A stretch of DNA of 56,799 nt, filler included, from Streblomastix strix (lineage: Eukaryota): NCBI GenBank assembly GCA_008636045.1. It is 3 parts of 3 records of this genome, joined end to end, with 100 filler letters (N's around TTAATTAATTAA, not from the genome) between each part and the next. Parts side by side here need not be neighbours in the genome. Positions count along the whole stretch, not along the records: positions 1 to 18,873 come from SNRW01000568.1; positions 18,974 to 37,836 come from SNRW01000569.1; 1 more part is not named here. One strand, written 5' to 3'. Shown here piece after piece: positions 11,429 to 24,191 of this stretch. A program made the translations under genes and the position numbers. The notes under the pieces were generated by a model. It was not told where the DNA came from. It did not search any database and worked only from the letters and a program-made list of their open reading frames with translations. Positions within the stretch are counted from its first letter, which is position 1, and the number at the start of each line of letters is the position of its first letter.

Positions 11429-14400
11429 TCATAAAACCATATAATCACTTGCTTTCAGACCATAAATGTAAGGACAACATGATTAATCAGTTAATACCAC
11501 CATTTTTGTTTGGCAATCTGTTATTCCATTTTTCTCTGTAGATAACTTACTTATTTGGTAATTTTTTTAACCTAACCGCATATTTGTACATTTTGTAATT
11601 GTTCCATTGGTTATATTATTAACTATTTAATCTTAAGTAATTTTATTAGTTGATTGATAAACACCTTTTAACTTTATTTTTTCCTTATCATCTACTTTCA
11701 TATAATAGTTTTTTGGAGCCAATGCTATTATTTCTGGACCTTCTCTTTCCACAGCTAGCCCTAAAATTTTCTTCTCATCCGCCATGCGGCTGGACTAATG
11801 CTCATCCAATAAATCACCTTCAATTGTCGGGAAAAAATAATTGGCATTTTCATCATAAATCTACTAATTTTTTATAACGTAGTTAAACTATTGTTTAATT
11901 CCTGCATCTTCATCACCACTAATCGCCCAATATGCCGAATCAGTATCTCCTTCTACAAAATGCAGCATATCCATATCCAAGCACTTATATATGAAATTGA
12001 AAATGAAATTTAGGTACCAATACTTGGCATTGTCCAGTACAAAATAAGCAACATTTAAACGAGTTTTACATGCGCAAGTCTCTGGATTCATTTATACCGC
12101 ATTAATATCATCGCCAAGTTTCTAATCATCTATAAAACTATTCGATAAATGGGCTTAGAGTGCTTGTTTTTTATTCATCATTTTTATTTTTGTAAATTTC
12201 TCAGGGGTCAAACCATCACTTCCATACGAGCTATTCATTATGATTTTAAAAAATTGTTCTAATCCTTTTTTCCTTTCAATTTTTGCCTAAACTCGTTGGC
12301 TTGTAAATTCTTTCACAGACCCATTGAACTTGTCATGTTTATCAAACAAAACCAACTGTTTATCATCATCTATTATAAAATGGCAGTCATCAATTAAAAA
12401 TCATAAATAATAACTTGAAAATGACATATAGCAATCCATAGTTGATAACAAATTTATTAGTTTTTGCTATTTTTTATCTGTTTTAATTCCGCTATCTTTC
12501 ATATGCTCGTACATGTATTTGCCTATTGTTTCTTCATTAGTCATAAACTCATAATTCTTTAAAATTGGTGGGAAATTAATGTAATCGTTCAAATAATTCT
12601 CATCAATATGTCCCTTTATTTCTGCAATAAATTGCTATCCCCATTTATTATATCTATTTTAGTTATTTATTATATTAATTATTTTTAGCTTATTTTCTTC
12701 GGAATTATTCAATATTTTACCAACAACAGATCCAGGCATATACATCTTACCGCCTGTATATTTAATAAATTTATGAGGTTCTGATGACATGACACTGGGA
12801 TATAAAGAGTTGAAATCTATTCCTATTATATGCGTTATTCTATGGTCTGATGTTAAAACCGTTATTGTTTTCTTCTCTTTGTTATACCAAAATTTCTTTA
12901 TAAAATCTTTCCCTGCAATATTAACCCGATGCATCACGTTAGACAAGCCACCAGTTATTCCTTACCTGATTAGTTTATAAATGTCAATGTCTGTTAAATA
13001 AGTTGGTAAGTGGTTGAGGCTGCAAAATCTCCTTAATTATAAGAATAGTTTTTGAATGTTTTTGTCTTTATTCGAGCAAAAGGTATTACAATACAAACAA
13101 CATGGTTAAATATTATCCTTTGAATGACCCTTTCTATTATCGATTCTGTCGAGCGTTGGCTCATTATTTAGTGTGAATTCGTCGCCACAAATCACACATT
13201 TGTTATCTTGAAATAGTAGCTTGAAATATTCGAAATCTGACTCTTAAACATTATTGGTTATATTTCTTTTTTGTTGCAAATCCTACATTTTATAATAATA
13301 TGCTTTATTATTCCAATATCTTTATTATAAAACAAATTTTGGTAATTTATCAACTAATTTCGGATAATAACCATTTATGTTAAATTCTTTATAAGCATGA
13401 GCATATTTATTTGCATTAGCACACGCGGCCATTGACATAAAACTAAGCATATCGATGTCAAACTTTATATACGTTTGAATCAAAGCTTCAATCGGTTCTA
13501 TCATTATTTAAGTACCTTGTTCGTTATAATAATAAAGGTAATCCCATCTGTTTTTGAATAGCTTTGCATCTTACACATATTAGTCATATTTTTCTTATTT
13601 CATTGATGCATTTTTCAGTGTTGAATTAAATGATTCTATTGGAAATGGATATGACTAGTTTAAAATTTCTTTATAGTTATCAGTGTTTATAAATTCATAA
13701 GGAAATACGCCTTTTTTAACCATTAATTTCAGAGTTAAAAGTTTGTGCAAATTCTTTTAAAGTAATTGGTACGTAATAAGTCAGCATATCAATAAATTTA
13801 AGTTTGACGTCCAGGTGCTTATGTTAAACAACAATTAGCTTGGTTATTCCTGAACTGCCAATATAACTTTTTATTTCCCTGTCAGCACATTATAAATTCC
13901 TGAATATTAGAGAAAAATCAAACTTTGAACTATTGAATCCAATTATTGGTACCTCCACATTATAGTGCATGTCTTTGTCAATGGTCCATGCAGGTGTGAA
14001 ATACTGATTATCTTACTATATGATTACTGCATCATCGAACACCTGCTTTAACCATTGCGTTACAAAATCATCTCCATTTCGTAAGTCAGAATATATTGTG
14101 TGAATACCTTGTTTATTTTTAATAGTAGACGCAACAGATAAAGGCACTAGTTAGGATATTTATTTGCTTGACTTTCCAAATTATTTGTTAACAATTTTTT
14201 CAACAGTTTCCAAGTTATATGTTATATAGTATTATGTAGGCTTAAACTCTTTTTATCTTTCATGTGCCAAAAGGTATTAGTATGTTTTGTTTTGTGTGAT
14301 ATGTGGGCAAAACGGTTTTGCAATTTAATCCAATTAAACGGTTTTAATTATTTTACCATCATTTTATTCAAACGTTTTAGTATGTTTTTCATAATTTCTT

Positions 14401-15512
14401 AGGAAGTGTGGACATTTAGTTTCAAACCCTTTTGATTTGCAAAATGGACAAAATTTTAATCCAGTTAGTGCTTCCTTATTAGCTACTGCAAATGTGTGTT
14501 GCGCTAATTTTCCGCCAATTTCTTCCTACACAATTAGTATATCAACGGTTGGAATATCATTTTATTGTTCATTCGTTTCGTCTTGGTCCTGTTCCTCATC
14601 AACATATTTAATTATATCACCTAAATAATAAACATTGTGCTCATCATCATAAAAATATATATTCTAATTAATCGTAAACTTTTGTGTTATAATTTAGGAG
14701 TATTTCATAAAGTCTAAACCTTCAAATGTTTTTAAAATTTCAGTCATTTATCTACTTTTTGCATCGAATGGTAGGTCTAATACCTTAACAAGATACTAAC
14801 GGCTAATGCTTTTAATCGAATTTGATTTAATCTTTTTTTCTTTTTCATCATGATTTAATGTTCTGGCTAGTGCTTCCAAATAACACATATTATTTTCTCC
14901 ATCATTTTTATATAAAACTTTCTTGTGTCCATCCTAGTGTTTTTAAATCAATTCTTTCATACTTGACCTTACAACTACCTTTTACAATTTAAATATTTTA
15001 ATCATCATCGAATAAATTGCTATATGACGTTCTTTTGTACTATCCAGATTATAATTTTACATGTCAATAATTTCAGCCTTTATATATTGTTTGTATTCTT
15101 CTATATCTTCTTGTGTTTATATATTCTTTGGTGCATGTGTTTAGGTTCTTGCTTCTTCGGCTTATTATCTTTGGTAATCAGACCAAAATATATCTGCTTC
15201 CTATTGTTCTTATTCCCTTCTATATTCTTATAAATCTTGTTCATATTAGTCATTTCTATCAACCGTTTTTTTAATTTAATAACGTTTTAATCTAGCTTAT
15301 TAAAGTCGCTATTCATATGCGTTTTTGCGGGCTACATGTTTCGTTATAAATTGACTGAGTTTTTTATAATTATTTTTTCCTTAATCTTAATGTCGAAAAG
15401 ATAAATAACCATTCAATTTTTATCTTAATTGTGGAACCTTTAGGTTTTCATCAAAATTAGGCTAGTAAATTTTTATTAATTATATTAATTATTATTTACG
15501 GAGTGGGGCCAT
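11429..15512 (-). pseudogene. Protein-primed family B DNA polymerase (pPolB), disrupted
   Basis: Exo II GFNSSKFD, motif A IDFNSLYPSVM, motif B KIIMNSSYG, motif C EGDTDS. Exo I and III Asp residues altered, TGA at 12401, frameshift near 13715 and another in the N-terminal region. Confidence 0.93.
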
Positions 15513-16061
15513 TTATTTAAAATTAAAATGTGTAAAAATAATTTTGGAAAGAGAAAAAAAATATGATTCAAAAGGTTATTTAATGGTCTTCGAGCTAATG
15601 CTCATCAATAAAGTTATCAAACTCCTGCAATAATTATGGGTACGCATTATATAAAATGTTTCTTGTAGCCAGGTTGTTTTCCAACATTTTTGTATAGTGC
15701 TTTATCTGTTCGTTTGCATTATGTACCACTTCATCAATAGTATAAATAATGGTATGCAAATTAACTCCTATTGTTCCTTCACATTATTTAGTATAATTTG
15801 ATGGATTTTATAGCTGCTTTTCAAACCTTTTTATGTCCTATAATGCTGTGCTATAATGTAGTATTGATAATTCAAATGTCGTCGAAACTTTATTTAATTT
15901 ATCCATTTATTTAAAATTAAAATTATAATCACTGATACTGTATTTCTAGTAGTAAATTATTATATATATACATAAACTACATAAATATTTTTCTGCCAAA
16001 ATTGTCGTATAAAGTGAATACCAAAGACTTATTTTATCCTATCAAACACTATAAAGAAATC

Positions 16062-17050
16062 ATGTTTTACCCCCATAATACTGGAGCATCAACCAAGTTT
16101 TATTTAAAACAAACATTTGAAAACCCATTGCCACCAATTGACTGTAGAGTTATGCCTTAAAGCTAGTTTGATACTCTAATTATTAACATCTGTGGATTTT
16201 CAAAAAATTACCATTATATGGGCAAAAAATTGGTAAATCAGTTTCTATGCTTTAATTATCGAATTTTGTTTAGTAAAACCATATATCTAGGTCTATTTAT
16301 TTAATGGCAGATGATAAATTTATTACTTGATTAGCCATATTTTCACTTAGTCCATCATATAAATCTTATGCACCAACTAGTTATACATACAAATTAGGTG
16401 ATAAAATTATTTTAGTAGCAAATCAGAAAGTGTGTAATGTTTTGACGTAATTGCTTATAATCTCTGGGAAAAACTAACCATAAAAACTTATTCTACCAAA
16501 CAAATTATAAATTACTTACCATTAAGTTATACATATTGCTGGTAAGGAACAAATTAATCTTACCGGAAATGTATTTATAATATTGATAATTTACTACATT
16601 GTTTGTTGCTATACATTAATGGGTTATACATCTGATGATGTAAATGTACCATTAGGGTTTATATCTACTTACTTACCAAATAAATATCTAACTGCTAGAC
16701 CATTTTATGGTCCAAACTGTTTTGGTTCTATAGATGTTATATAGTTATTTGTTGTAGGACAATATAATCGAATTAAACCCATTGATCGATATGCTACATT
16801 AGCGGTTTTGTCTAGTATCCAGTAGTTATATAAGAATGCATCAATCCTTAAATTTATGTAATTAATAGCTGAGCTAACAACATCCTACCCATAATTTGTA
16901 TTTAACTAGTAAGCACTATTTTATAGTTTTTATGTGTGCCAATTCATTCCATTATTAAAGCATATTGCTCCACTATTCAACGTTATTTATGTACTAAAAT
17001 GTTTTTACATGGTATCAACAAAGCTCGATATGTTGGCTAATGGAAGGGCT
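16062..17050 (+). pseudogene. Degenerate hypothetical viral gene (approximate limits)
   Basis: Long mostly open, beta-rich stretches broken by frameshifts. No diagnostic motif recognised. Confidence 0.3.
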
Positions 17051-17830
17051 AATACAGTAGGCATATATTTATATCATTATGCCGTCTAGTCGCTTGTAAA
17101 ACAGTTATCAATGGCTGTATTCATGTTTAATCTTATAGGAGGTAATTTGTCAATAAGTTGTAGCTTAAAAGTATCATTTGATTTGTTTATTTGTTTGTAT
17201 ATTTTCATCATATCTGAAGATACAATGTTATGCTATATTTCGATATTATCTCCATTTAAATAACATGTTAAATTAATTGATATATCATTAATGCTATTAA
17301 CTTGAAAGCTTTAGCAACCACTTGGTATTATTGTGTCCCATTGTACAAAATCTTTATCAGAGTCAGAACTAATTATTTGCAAACCTATGCCACTCATTTT
17401 ATTATCAAAAAATAATTTCAAGCCAAATATTCAAACAGCTTCATAACAGCATTTTGGCTATTTTCTTATGCTATATCTACTATTTCTTTTAACTAGTCCA
17501 TTTTCAACCATTTATTAAACTATCGTAATAAAAAACGTAGTTCTATTTCTGGTGGTGCCTTTATTGCTACAGATTCTAAAGAATTTAGAAATTTAGCATA
17601 GATCATATATTTATCACAGGTTATTTTCAACAACTTTCGTGGTGGCGTTAGCAATGCCATATTTAATAATAATAAAACAAACAAATCAATTAATTTTAAA
17701 GGTTGATAGTTATGAAATCATAAGCAAGAAACTTGAAATTATAATGATTACTTCACAAAATATGTGTTGTTATGCCATTTGTTTGTTATTAAAAATATTA
17801 ATAAGAAAATATAATTTTAAACAAAATATA

Positions 17831-18873
17831 ATGCAACCAAAGAGAGTTGCACCAGTTAAAAAAGAAATACCTAATACACGTGTTAGTGAATTTATTGAAT
17901 CAAAAAAGCCGTATATACATAAGGATTAATAAGTTTAACCACGAAATTTAAGTAAAATACTCTATATATTAGATGAGTTAAAACTATCGAAAGCTGTTAA
18001 AAAATTAGGTCCAGGTAGTAGTAAATAGCGGAAAGAAATAATTGATTAAGTAAGATAGAATGACCCTAATATTACCCATGGAGAGGTTGAAGCAGTCTTT
18101 GAAGGTATGAAAGGTGCAACAAGAAGGAAAAGACATTTTGATGGTATTGATCCAAATGATTTGATACAATATTATAGGGATTTAGATGAACATATACGAG
18201 GTGTTCAGGATCCATTATAAGGTGTTTATAGAAATGAAGCTATGAATAATTAGACCTTAGGTATAAATGCTAGAGCAAATGAACTGGCAAATGATTTAGG
18301 AAGCCATGCACTTTTTTTTAACAAAAAATGTCTAAAGACTTCCTTAACCATCATTACGTGCAACAGCACCTCCAAAAGGTATTAATAAAGAAGATGATTT
18401 GATGTAATATATGTTTGGGTCTCATTAAGAAAAGGAAAAGGAAAAGGTAAAGGAAAAAGACAATATTTATTAATATTAAGGTCTTGATAATACATCAGAC
18501 GCTTTTGAATACTAACTATAAAATTTTACAGATTAAAAACAGCAAATAAGTCTAGAATATGAGTTACGACAATATTAGAGAGAAAATGATGTTGAAGGGT
18601 AAATTTTATAGCTAGATATCGCACAAACACAAAAGGGTGTAGAATATTTTACAAACGGATTAAATTGGGGAACTGCTCCTGTAAATCAATATTATAGCAA
18701 AACACAATATGCCTCAAAAAAGGTTGGATATTACATGAATGAAGGGGGCCAATTATATTTACAAACAAAGAACCATTTAATTATTTTGATTTATATTTTT
18801 ATTAGTATATTAAATAGAAGATATAAAAATTGTAAAATAAAATTTAAAAGCTGGAAGACCTAAAAAATATTAA
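17831..18873 (+). pseudogene. Hypothetical viral protein, frameshifted near 18320, running to the contig end
   Basis: MQPKRVAPVKKEIPNTRVSEFIESKKPY... stays open with TAR=Gln for about 160 codons and resumes after a shift. Confidence 0.5.
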
Positions 18874-18973
18874 NNNNNNNNNNNNNNNNNNNNNNNNNNN
18901 NNNNNNNNNNNNNNNNNTTAATTAATTAANNNNNNNNNNNNNNNNNNNNNNNNNNNNNNNNNNNNNNNNNNNN
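18874..18973. other. Artificial contig linker (44 N + TTAATTAATTAA + 44 N)
   Basis: Exactly 100 nt with a six-frame stop linker at 18918-18929, identical in design to 37837-37936. Confidence 0.97.
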
Positions 18974-19015
18974 TCCTTATTTCATTCTTTATTTTCTCTA
19001 TTCAATATATTTCAG

Positions 19016-20035
19016 TTCCTTCTTCTCTAAGCACAATTGCGTATTAATCCATAATCCCAGATCCTGATCATGTGAAATAATAAGAGAATAAAATAATAAG
19101 CACAAACAAAGGTAACTAATCCACTGTTGCTTTCAATCCTGTCATTACAAGTGGGATTGCCAGATTCGGAGGATTCTTTAAAGATCATCAATTAGGTAAC
19201 TTCAGTATGTTTATATGAATAATAGAGAATAGAAAGATATTATTTTATTTGGATTAATTTTCATTATCTTTTATTTTCATGAACTTCATTCTCTTAATAT
19301 ATTATTTATTCATATTTCTAATTAGGCATCGGAATTTCTGATTCTTCTGCTGTCTTTGGTTCAAATAAAGGTCCAATTGATGATGAAAGTATGAATAAAA
19401 TATTTTTAAAATAATGAAGAGAATTTAGAATATAAATTATTATTATTAATTATTATTTTATTTATTCTTAATCTTTGATAGATGGAAAGAATACTGTCCG
19501 CTATTATTAAAAGTATGATTTATATATTTAAATATAAAAATATTATTTATTAACAAATATAAATTTCTTAATAATTATAATTAATTCCTCTCTTTCCTTC
19601 TCTCTAATTCTTATTCAGCGGCTAACTTGGACATATTAGAAATTATATTAAAGGAAATAGTCGAATTGAAGAAAATAAAACTGTTGCAATGGAAGTTAAT
19701 ATGAATATTATACCACATACATTAACATTCTTTTATGATAACTAAGAATAGCCAGTATCTGTAATAAACATTCCTTTATCGATTAGATTCTACGTTCGCA
19801 TGCAATTTATTTATTTATATAATATTTATATAAATATTAAATTATTCATATTAATTTATTTCATTAATTCATTCTCACTATTTCTATTCTTATATTTATA
19901 TTCATATAGATTTACCTTTCTTATAATAATTCCTCCTTTACTATCACTGAATTCTCGAATGTTTAATATTCATCAGCAAAAGGAGGAATTAAAGGATAAA
20001 GAATTTTTGAATGGGGAAAAGAATGGAAAAATTGA
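19016..20035 (+). CDS. 3' exons of a host gene with a B30.2/SPRY-like beta-sandwich domain
   Basis: Five GT-AG-bounded exons give STVAFNPVITSGIARFGGFF...IGISDSSAVF...VAMEVNMNIIPHTLTFFYDNQEQPVSVINIPLSIRFY...EWGKEWKN-TGA. Confidence 0.65.
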
Positions 20036-21058
20036 ATGAATGAAAAGGTTTAGATGATTGAATTGAAAATTGATTGATATATTGAAATGAGTTTATTTTT
20101 GATATAGTTCTATTTGAAATGATTTATAATCTTTTAACTCTTCAATTCAATATAACTTTTAGATCTTTTCAAATGTATATAAATCATAATTTTATAATAA
20201 ACAAATACAACAGCCAATAATTTAATATATTTTATATTAGAAATATTATAATTAATCAATAAGTTACTAATTTGAAAGGAATCAATTTGAGCTTTGAGAT
20301 GAAATTTTTTTATTAAAATTTGAATAATCGTTTTTTCTTGACTTGTTTAAGTCTAATACAATGATTTATTATAATATTTGATTCATACTTACAATTTAAT
20401 GCTAATTATATTCACTAATTATCTTTTATATAAATATATAAAGAGATATATAGCACTGAAATTTAAACTTGAATTTGCATCTTTTCAACAATATAATTAT
20501 TCACATCTATATTTATTTATTAATTATAATTATAATTTACTATATTTTTTATTTAAATTCTTTACTAATTCAAATAAAATAGTCATTTAAATATGATATT
20601 AAATTTTTTTAAAATCTATTCACGAAATACACCCATTACATACAGCTCAAATGAACATAATTATGACAATTTAATAAATACCCTTCTGACTAACCTTATA
20701 ATGGCAAAATTTGATATATATGCGAATTACAAACATATGAAAAAATAATATAAAAATATTACTATAACAAATTAATATTACGCCATAACCAAAAGTTAAT
20801 TCGCTTATTCTTTATAGAACTTAAATTATACTATATTTATGTTTTTTTATTTATATTCTTATTTTTGAAATTTTGTTTATTCTATAAACATTTTTACTTA
20901 CTTTACACTTTCACTATCTTCACAATTTCATGATTCTTCGAAATATAATAATATTTCACTTTTATTTTATATATATTATTTGAATTTATTAATTTTTTTC
21001 ATGCTTTAACTTTATATTTCATTTTTTATATTAGATTATATATATTTATATCCTGTAG

Positions 21059-22752
21059 ATACAAAAAAATAAATTTGATTATTAACATCGTAGCATTTTG
21101 ATTTGGAAGTGAAAGCTCCTTCTTGTTGAATAAGACATTTATGATTGTTTTTATTTATTTTATTGATCTAATTGTCATAAATTTATTTTTATATACTCAC
21201 ATTATATAAATATAGGTCATTCAGATGATAGGCAAAGGAGGATTTGGCCGGTGCGCTGACATTTTAGCTTCTTTTCTGAATGAAAAATCATTTTCCTTAT
21301 TTTCAGTCATATTTCAGGGTTTATGAAGTTTGGAGACCAAGAACAGGAGTAATTGGAGCCAAAGTGATGAAAGAAGAAGACTTTGAAACAAAAGAATGGT
21401 GTGTTTGATTCTAACTGACAAAGTTTGAATTAATTTTGCATAACGAATATTTATATTATTTTATTTATAATATATTATTTGATTTAATATATTTGATTAG
21501 AAGAAATATAAATCCATTTGTATTGAAGTACCATTCTGCAACGATTTATTGGACTCAGACAGTCATTTTGATGGAGTTTGCGAAGATGAAGGTTTGAATA
21601 GACGAATTATCAAAATAAAATAAAACTAAGAGATTTTATATTTAATTATTTAATTGTAATAATATTAAATTATTTTTTAATTAATACATTAAATAATTTA
21701 TTTTATTAATATAATTCCACATTATTCTAAAATTATAAAAAAGAACTTGGATTGTAATTGAGTCGAAGTAAGATTTGCCAATTCCTGTAATACGTGCAAT
21801 TATAAGACAACTTCGTATGAATCTAATTTAAATTAATTATTTGATTGAAAAATTATTTGAAATGTATTTATTTATGAGTGATTCATATAATTTTATATAA
21901 ATATATAAATAAGTGAAACAGTTGAAGGCATCCGACTGATGCATGAAAAGGGAATCATCCACAGGTTTACAATATTACAAAACAAAGAATAAATATATCA
22001 TTATTTAGATAACTCATTTAAAATTAATTAAATAATTATTACATTAATATAATTATTATTGTTATTTATCATAATTTATTATTTAGATTCAGGGACATCA
22101 AAGGTCAGAAAATCCTCCTACACAGTCCACCTGGATCTGGTCTTATAGTTTGCAAATCTATTTTATTAATTATTATTATTTAATTGTTATTTATATTAGT
22201 AATTGTAATTATTATTATTTTCATATCTTTTTATTCATATTAAAAAGTACTCAAGATTGCAGACTTTAGGTTAATTAAGGAGCAGAAGCAAGTTGAACAG
22301 TCAACTCTGATGACAGTCGCTGGGTATTTCAATTATAATTCACTAACAGTATTTTAAATTTAAATTTAAATTTAATATTAGTAATTTTTAATTTATTTTA
22401 TAATATTAATATATTTAATATTCAATATTAATATTATCATCGATTATTTACTAATTCTTATTTATTCTGTATATATAATATCAGAACAATGCCATTGATG
22501 TCACGTGAGATGTTAATGAGTACAGAAGATGGAGAAGTGAAAGCTGATAGTAAAGTTTGATAATTAATATAAATTCGAATAATATAATTAAAATTAATAA
22601 TTAATATATTAATTTGAAAATAATAATAATTATTAATTGATCAAATATGTTATTACTTATATAATATCTGGAGTTCAGGGAATCTACTTCATTAGTTGAT
22701 TGCAAAAAAATTTCCATTCAAGTCATTGTCCACATAAGCAATAATGATGTTT
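21059..22752 (+). pseudogene. Intron-rich Ser/Thr protein kinase, degenerate
   Basis: Short exons encode IGKGGFG, IGAKVM, ILMEFA, GIIHR/DIKGQKIL and LKIADFR. The catalytic-loop Asn, DFG and APE are altered and the C-lobe is truncated. Confidence 0.8.
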
Positions 22753-23139
22753 GCATATTTCTATCAAAATTTTCTTGATTTAATTTTATTTTTTTAATAA
22801 CTTTTATGGATTAATCATATATTATACTAATCTTTATTTATTGATCCTTATATTATAATAATTATTATTTTTTTAATTTGATTTTTTTTCTATGCATTTA
22901 TCATTATTTTTCAAGATTTTAATTTTTTCATATTTATAATATTTTAATATTAATTTTTATTTATTAATTTTGATACTATTATACTGATTTATTTTAATTT
23001 TTGAAATAAAATTAAACAAATCTTAAATTAGATTAAATTCTAAGAATAAATTTTGTTTTTATATTCAATTAATTTTATTGTGAAAATTAATTATTAAATA
23101 TAATATTATTTATTCTATTACAGCAAAATTAATATAATA

Positions 23140-24020
23140 ATAAATTCTCCTTGATCCAGATCCACCAACATGAAGTACTCCACTTCTCTCTGCAATCTCA
23201 GCTACCACTTTGCTTCTTTTTCTGGATATGAATTTTTATTAGAAGTTCATTTTCTTCTTCTTCTTGTTCTGTTTCAGCTCCTTCTTTACCAGTTTATTAA
23301 TCAGATTCATCTTATCCATCTTCATTGAAGTCTCAAAAGATATCATTTCCATATTCTGAATTAAAATTCACTTTTACTTCCAATTCTTCTTCATATTCAT
23401 CTTCTTCTTCTTTATTTTCTTCTCCTTCGCCTTCTTTTTTATCATCTTTGTTTTCTGCTGCCATCATTTTGTTGATCAGAGCATCCATTTCATCTTCCTT
23501 CTCTCCATATACTAATAAGTTTTTTTATTATCATCTTCATTTTGATCATTATTTTCATATTCATAAATAATTACTTTCTTTTTCTTATTATGACAATTTT
23601 CCTTCGCAATGATTTCGTATTTTGTTTTGGTAATCAAATTTGCATAAAAGTTTCAATTCTTTATTCTTCTTCTTCAAGACCAATTGGAATATTTTCTAAT
23701 TCAAAATGTGCTGATATCACATTCCATAAATTAACAATCCTTATTCCAGCTTCAAAAAAATATTTCTCTGCTTTAATTTAAATTGAATATCAGGATCATC
23801 AAATGAAGTTAAAGTTGTTAAATCTCCTTTCAAAGATGAAACATTTGGGAATTTCATCTCCATCTTTATATTTCCTCTTAATTCCACTTTCAAATTCATC
23901 AATCCTTCTTTCATGATTCAATGAATTCATATCAGAATCAAAAGGTGGTCTAATAAATAATAGTCACTTATGAGAAAAGCCAGCTTATAATAATCCATGA
24001 AGTACTGAATGTAAAGTTGA
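23140..24020 (-). pseudogene. CFAP61-like gene fragment (downstream portion), frameshifted
   Basis: 23790-24015 is a diverged homologue of 34716-34945 (shared TTTATATTTCCTCTTAATTCCAC..TCAAAT.CATCAATCCTT), which lies in the CFAP61-like gene. Confidence 0.55.
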
Positions 24021-24191
24021 AAATGTTAAGAATAAGAAAAAACAGATTAAACGGATTCACCTTTTATAGCATTAATTATTATTATTTTATTTATTAAAAT
24101 AGATATAATTCTATTTTTATGAAAACTATAAATGACTTGAATAAAATCAACATGAAAATTAAATATTAAACTCAGTCACAAAAAAATAAAT

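Larger units (their letters stand above)
1272..18873. mobile_element. Endogenous Polinton/Polinton-like virus 1 (left end present, right part cut by contig end), decaying
   Basis: Begins with the Polinton-type terminus AGTAGT just after host sequence. Densely packed intronless ORFs include pPolB, A32-like ATPase, probable capsid, fibre-like proteins and HNH. Scattered frameshifts and in-frame TGA. Confidence 0.88.

Noticed and set aside
18918..18929. TTAATTAATTAA as a biological palindrome or piggyBac site
   Set aside because: It is centred in identical 100-nt N runs and is a standard synthetic six-frame stop linker.
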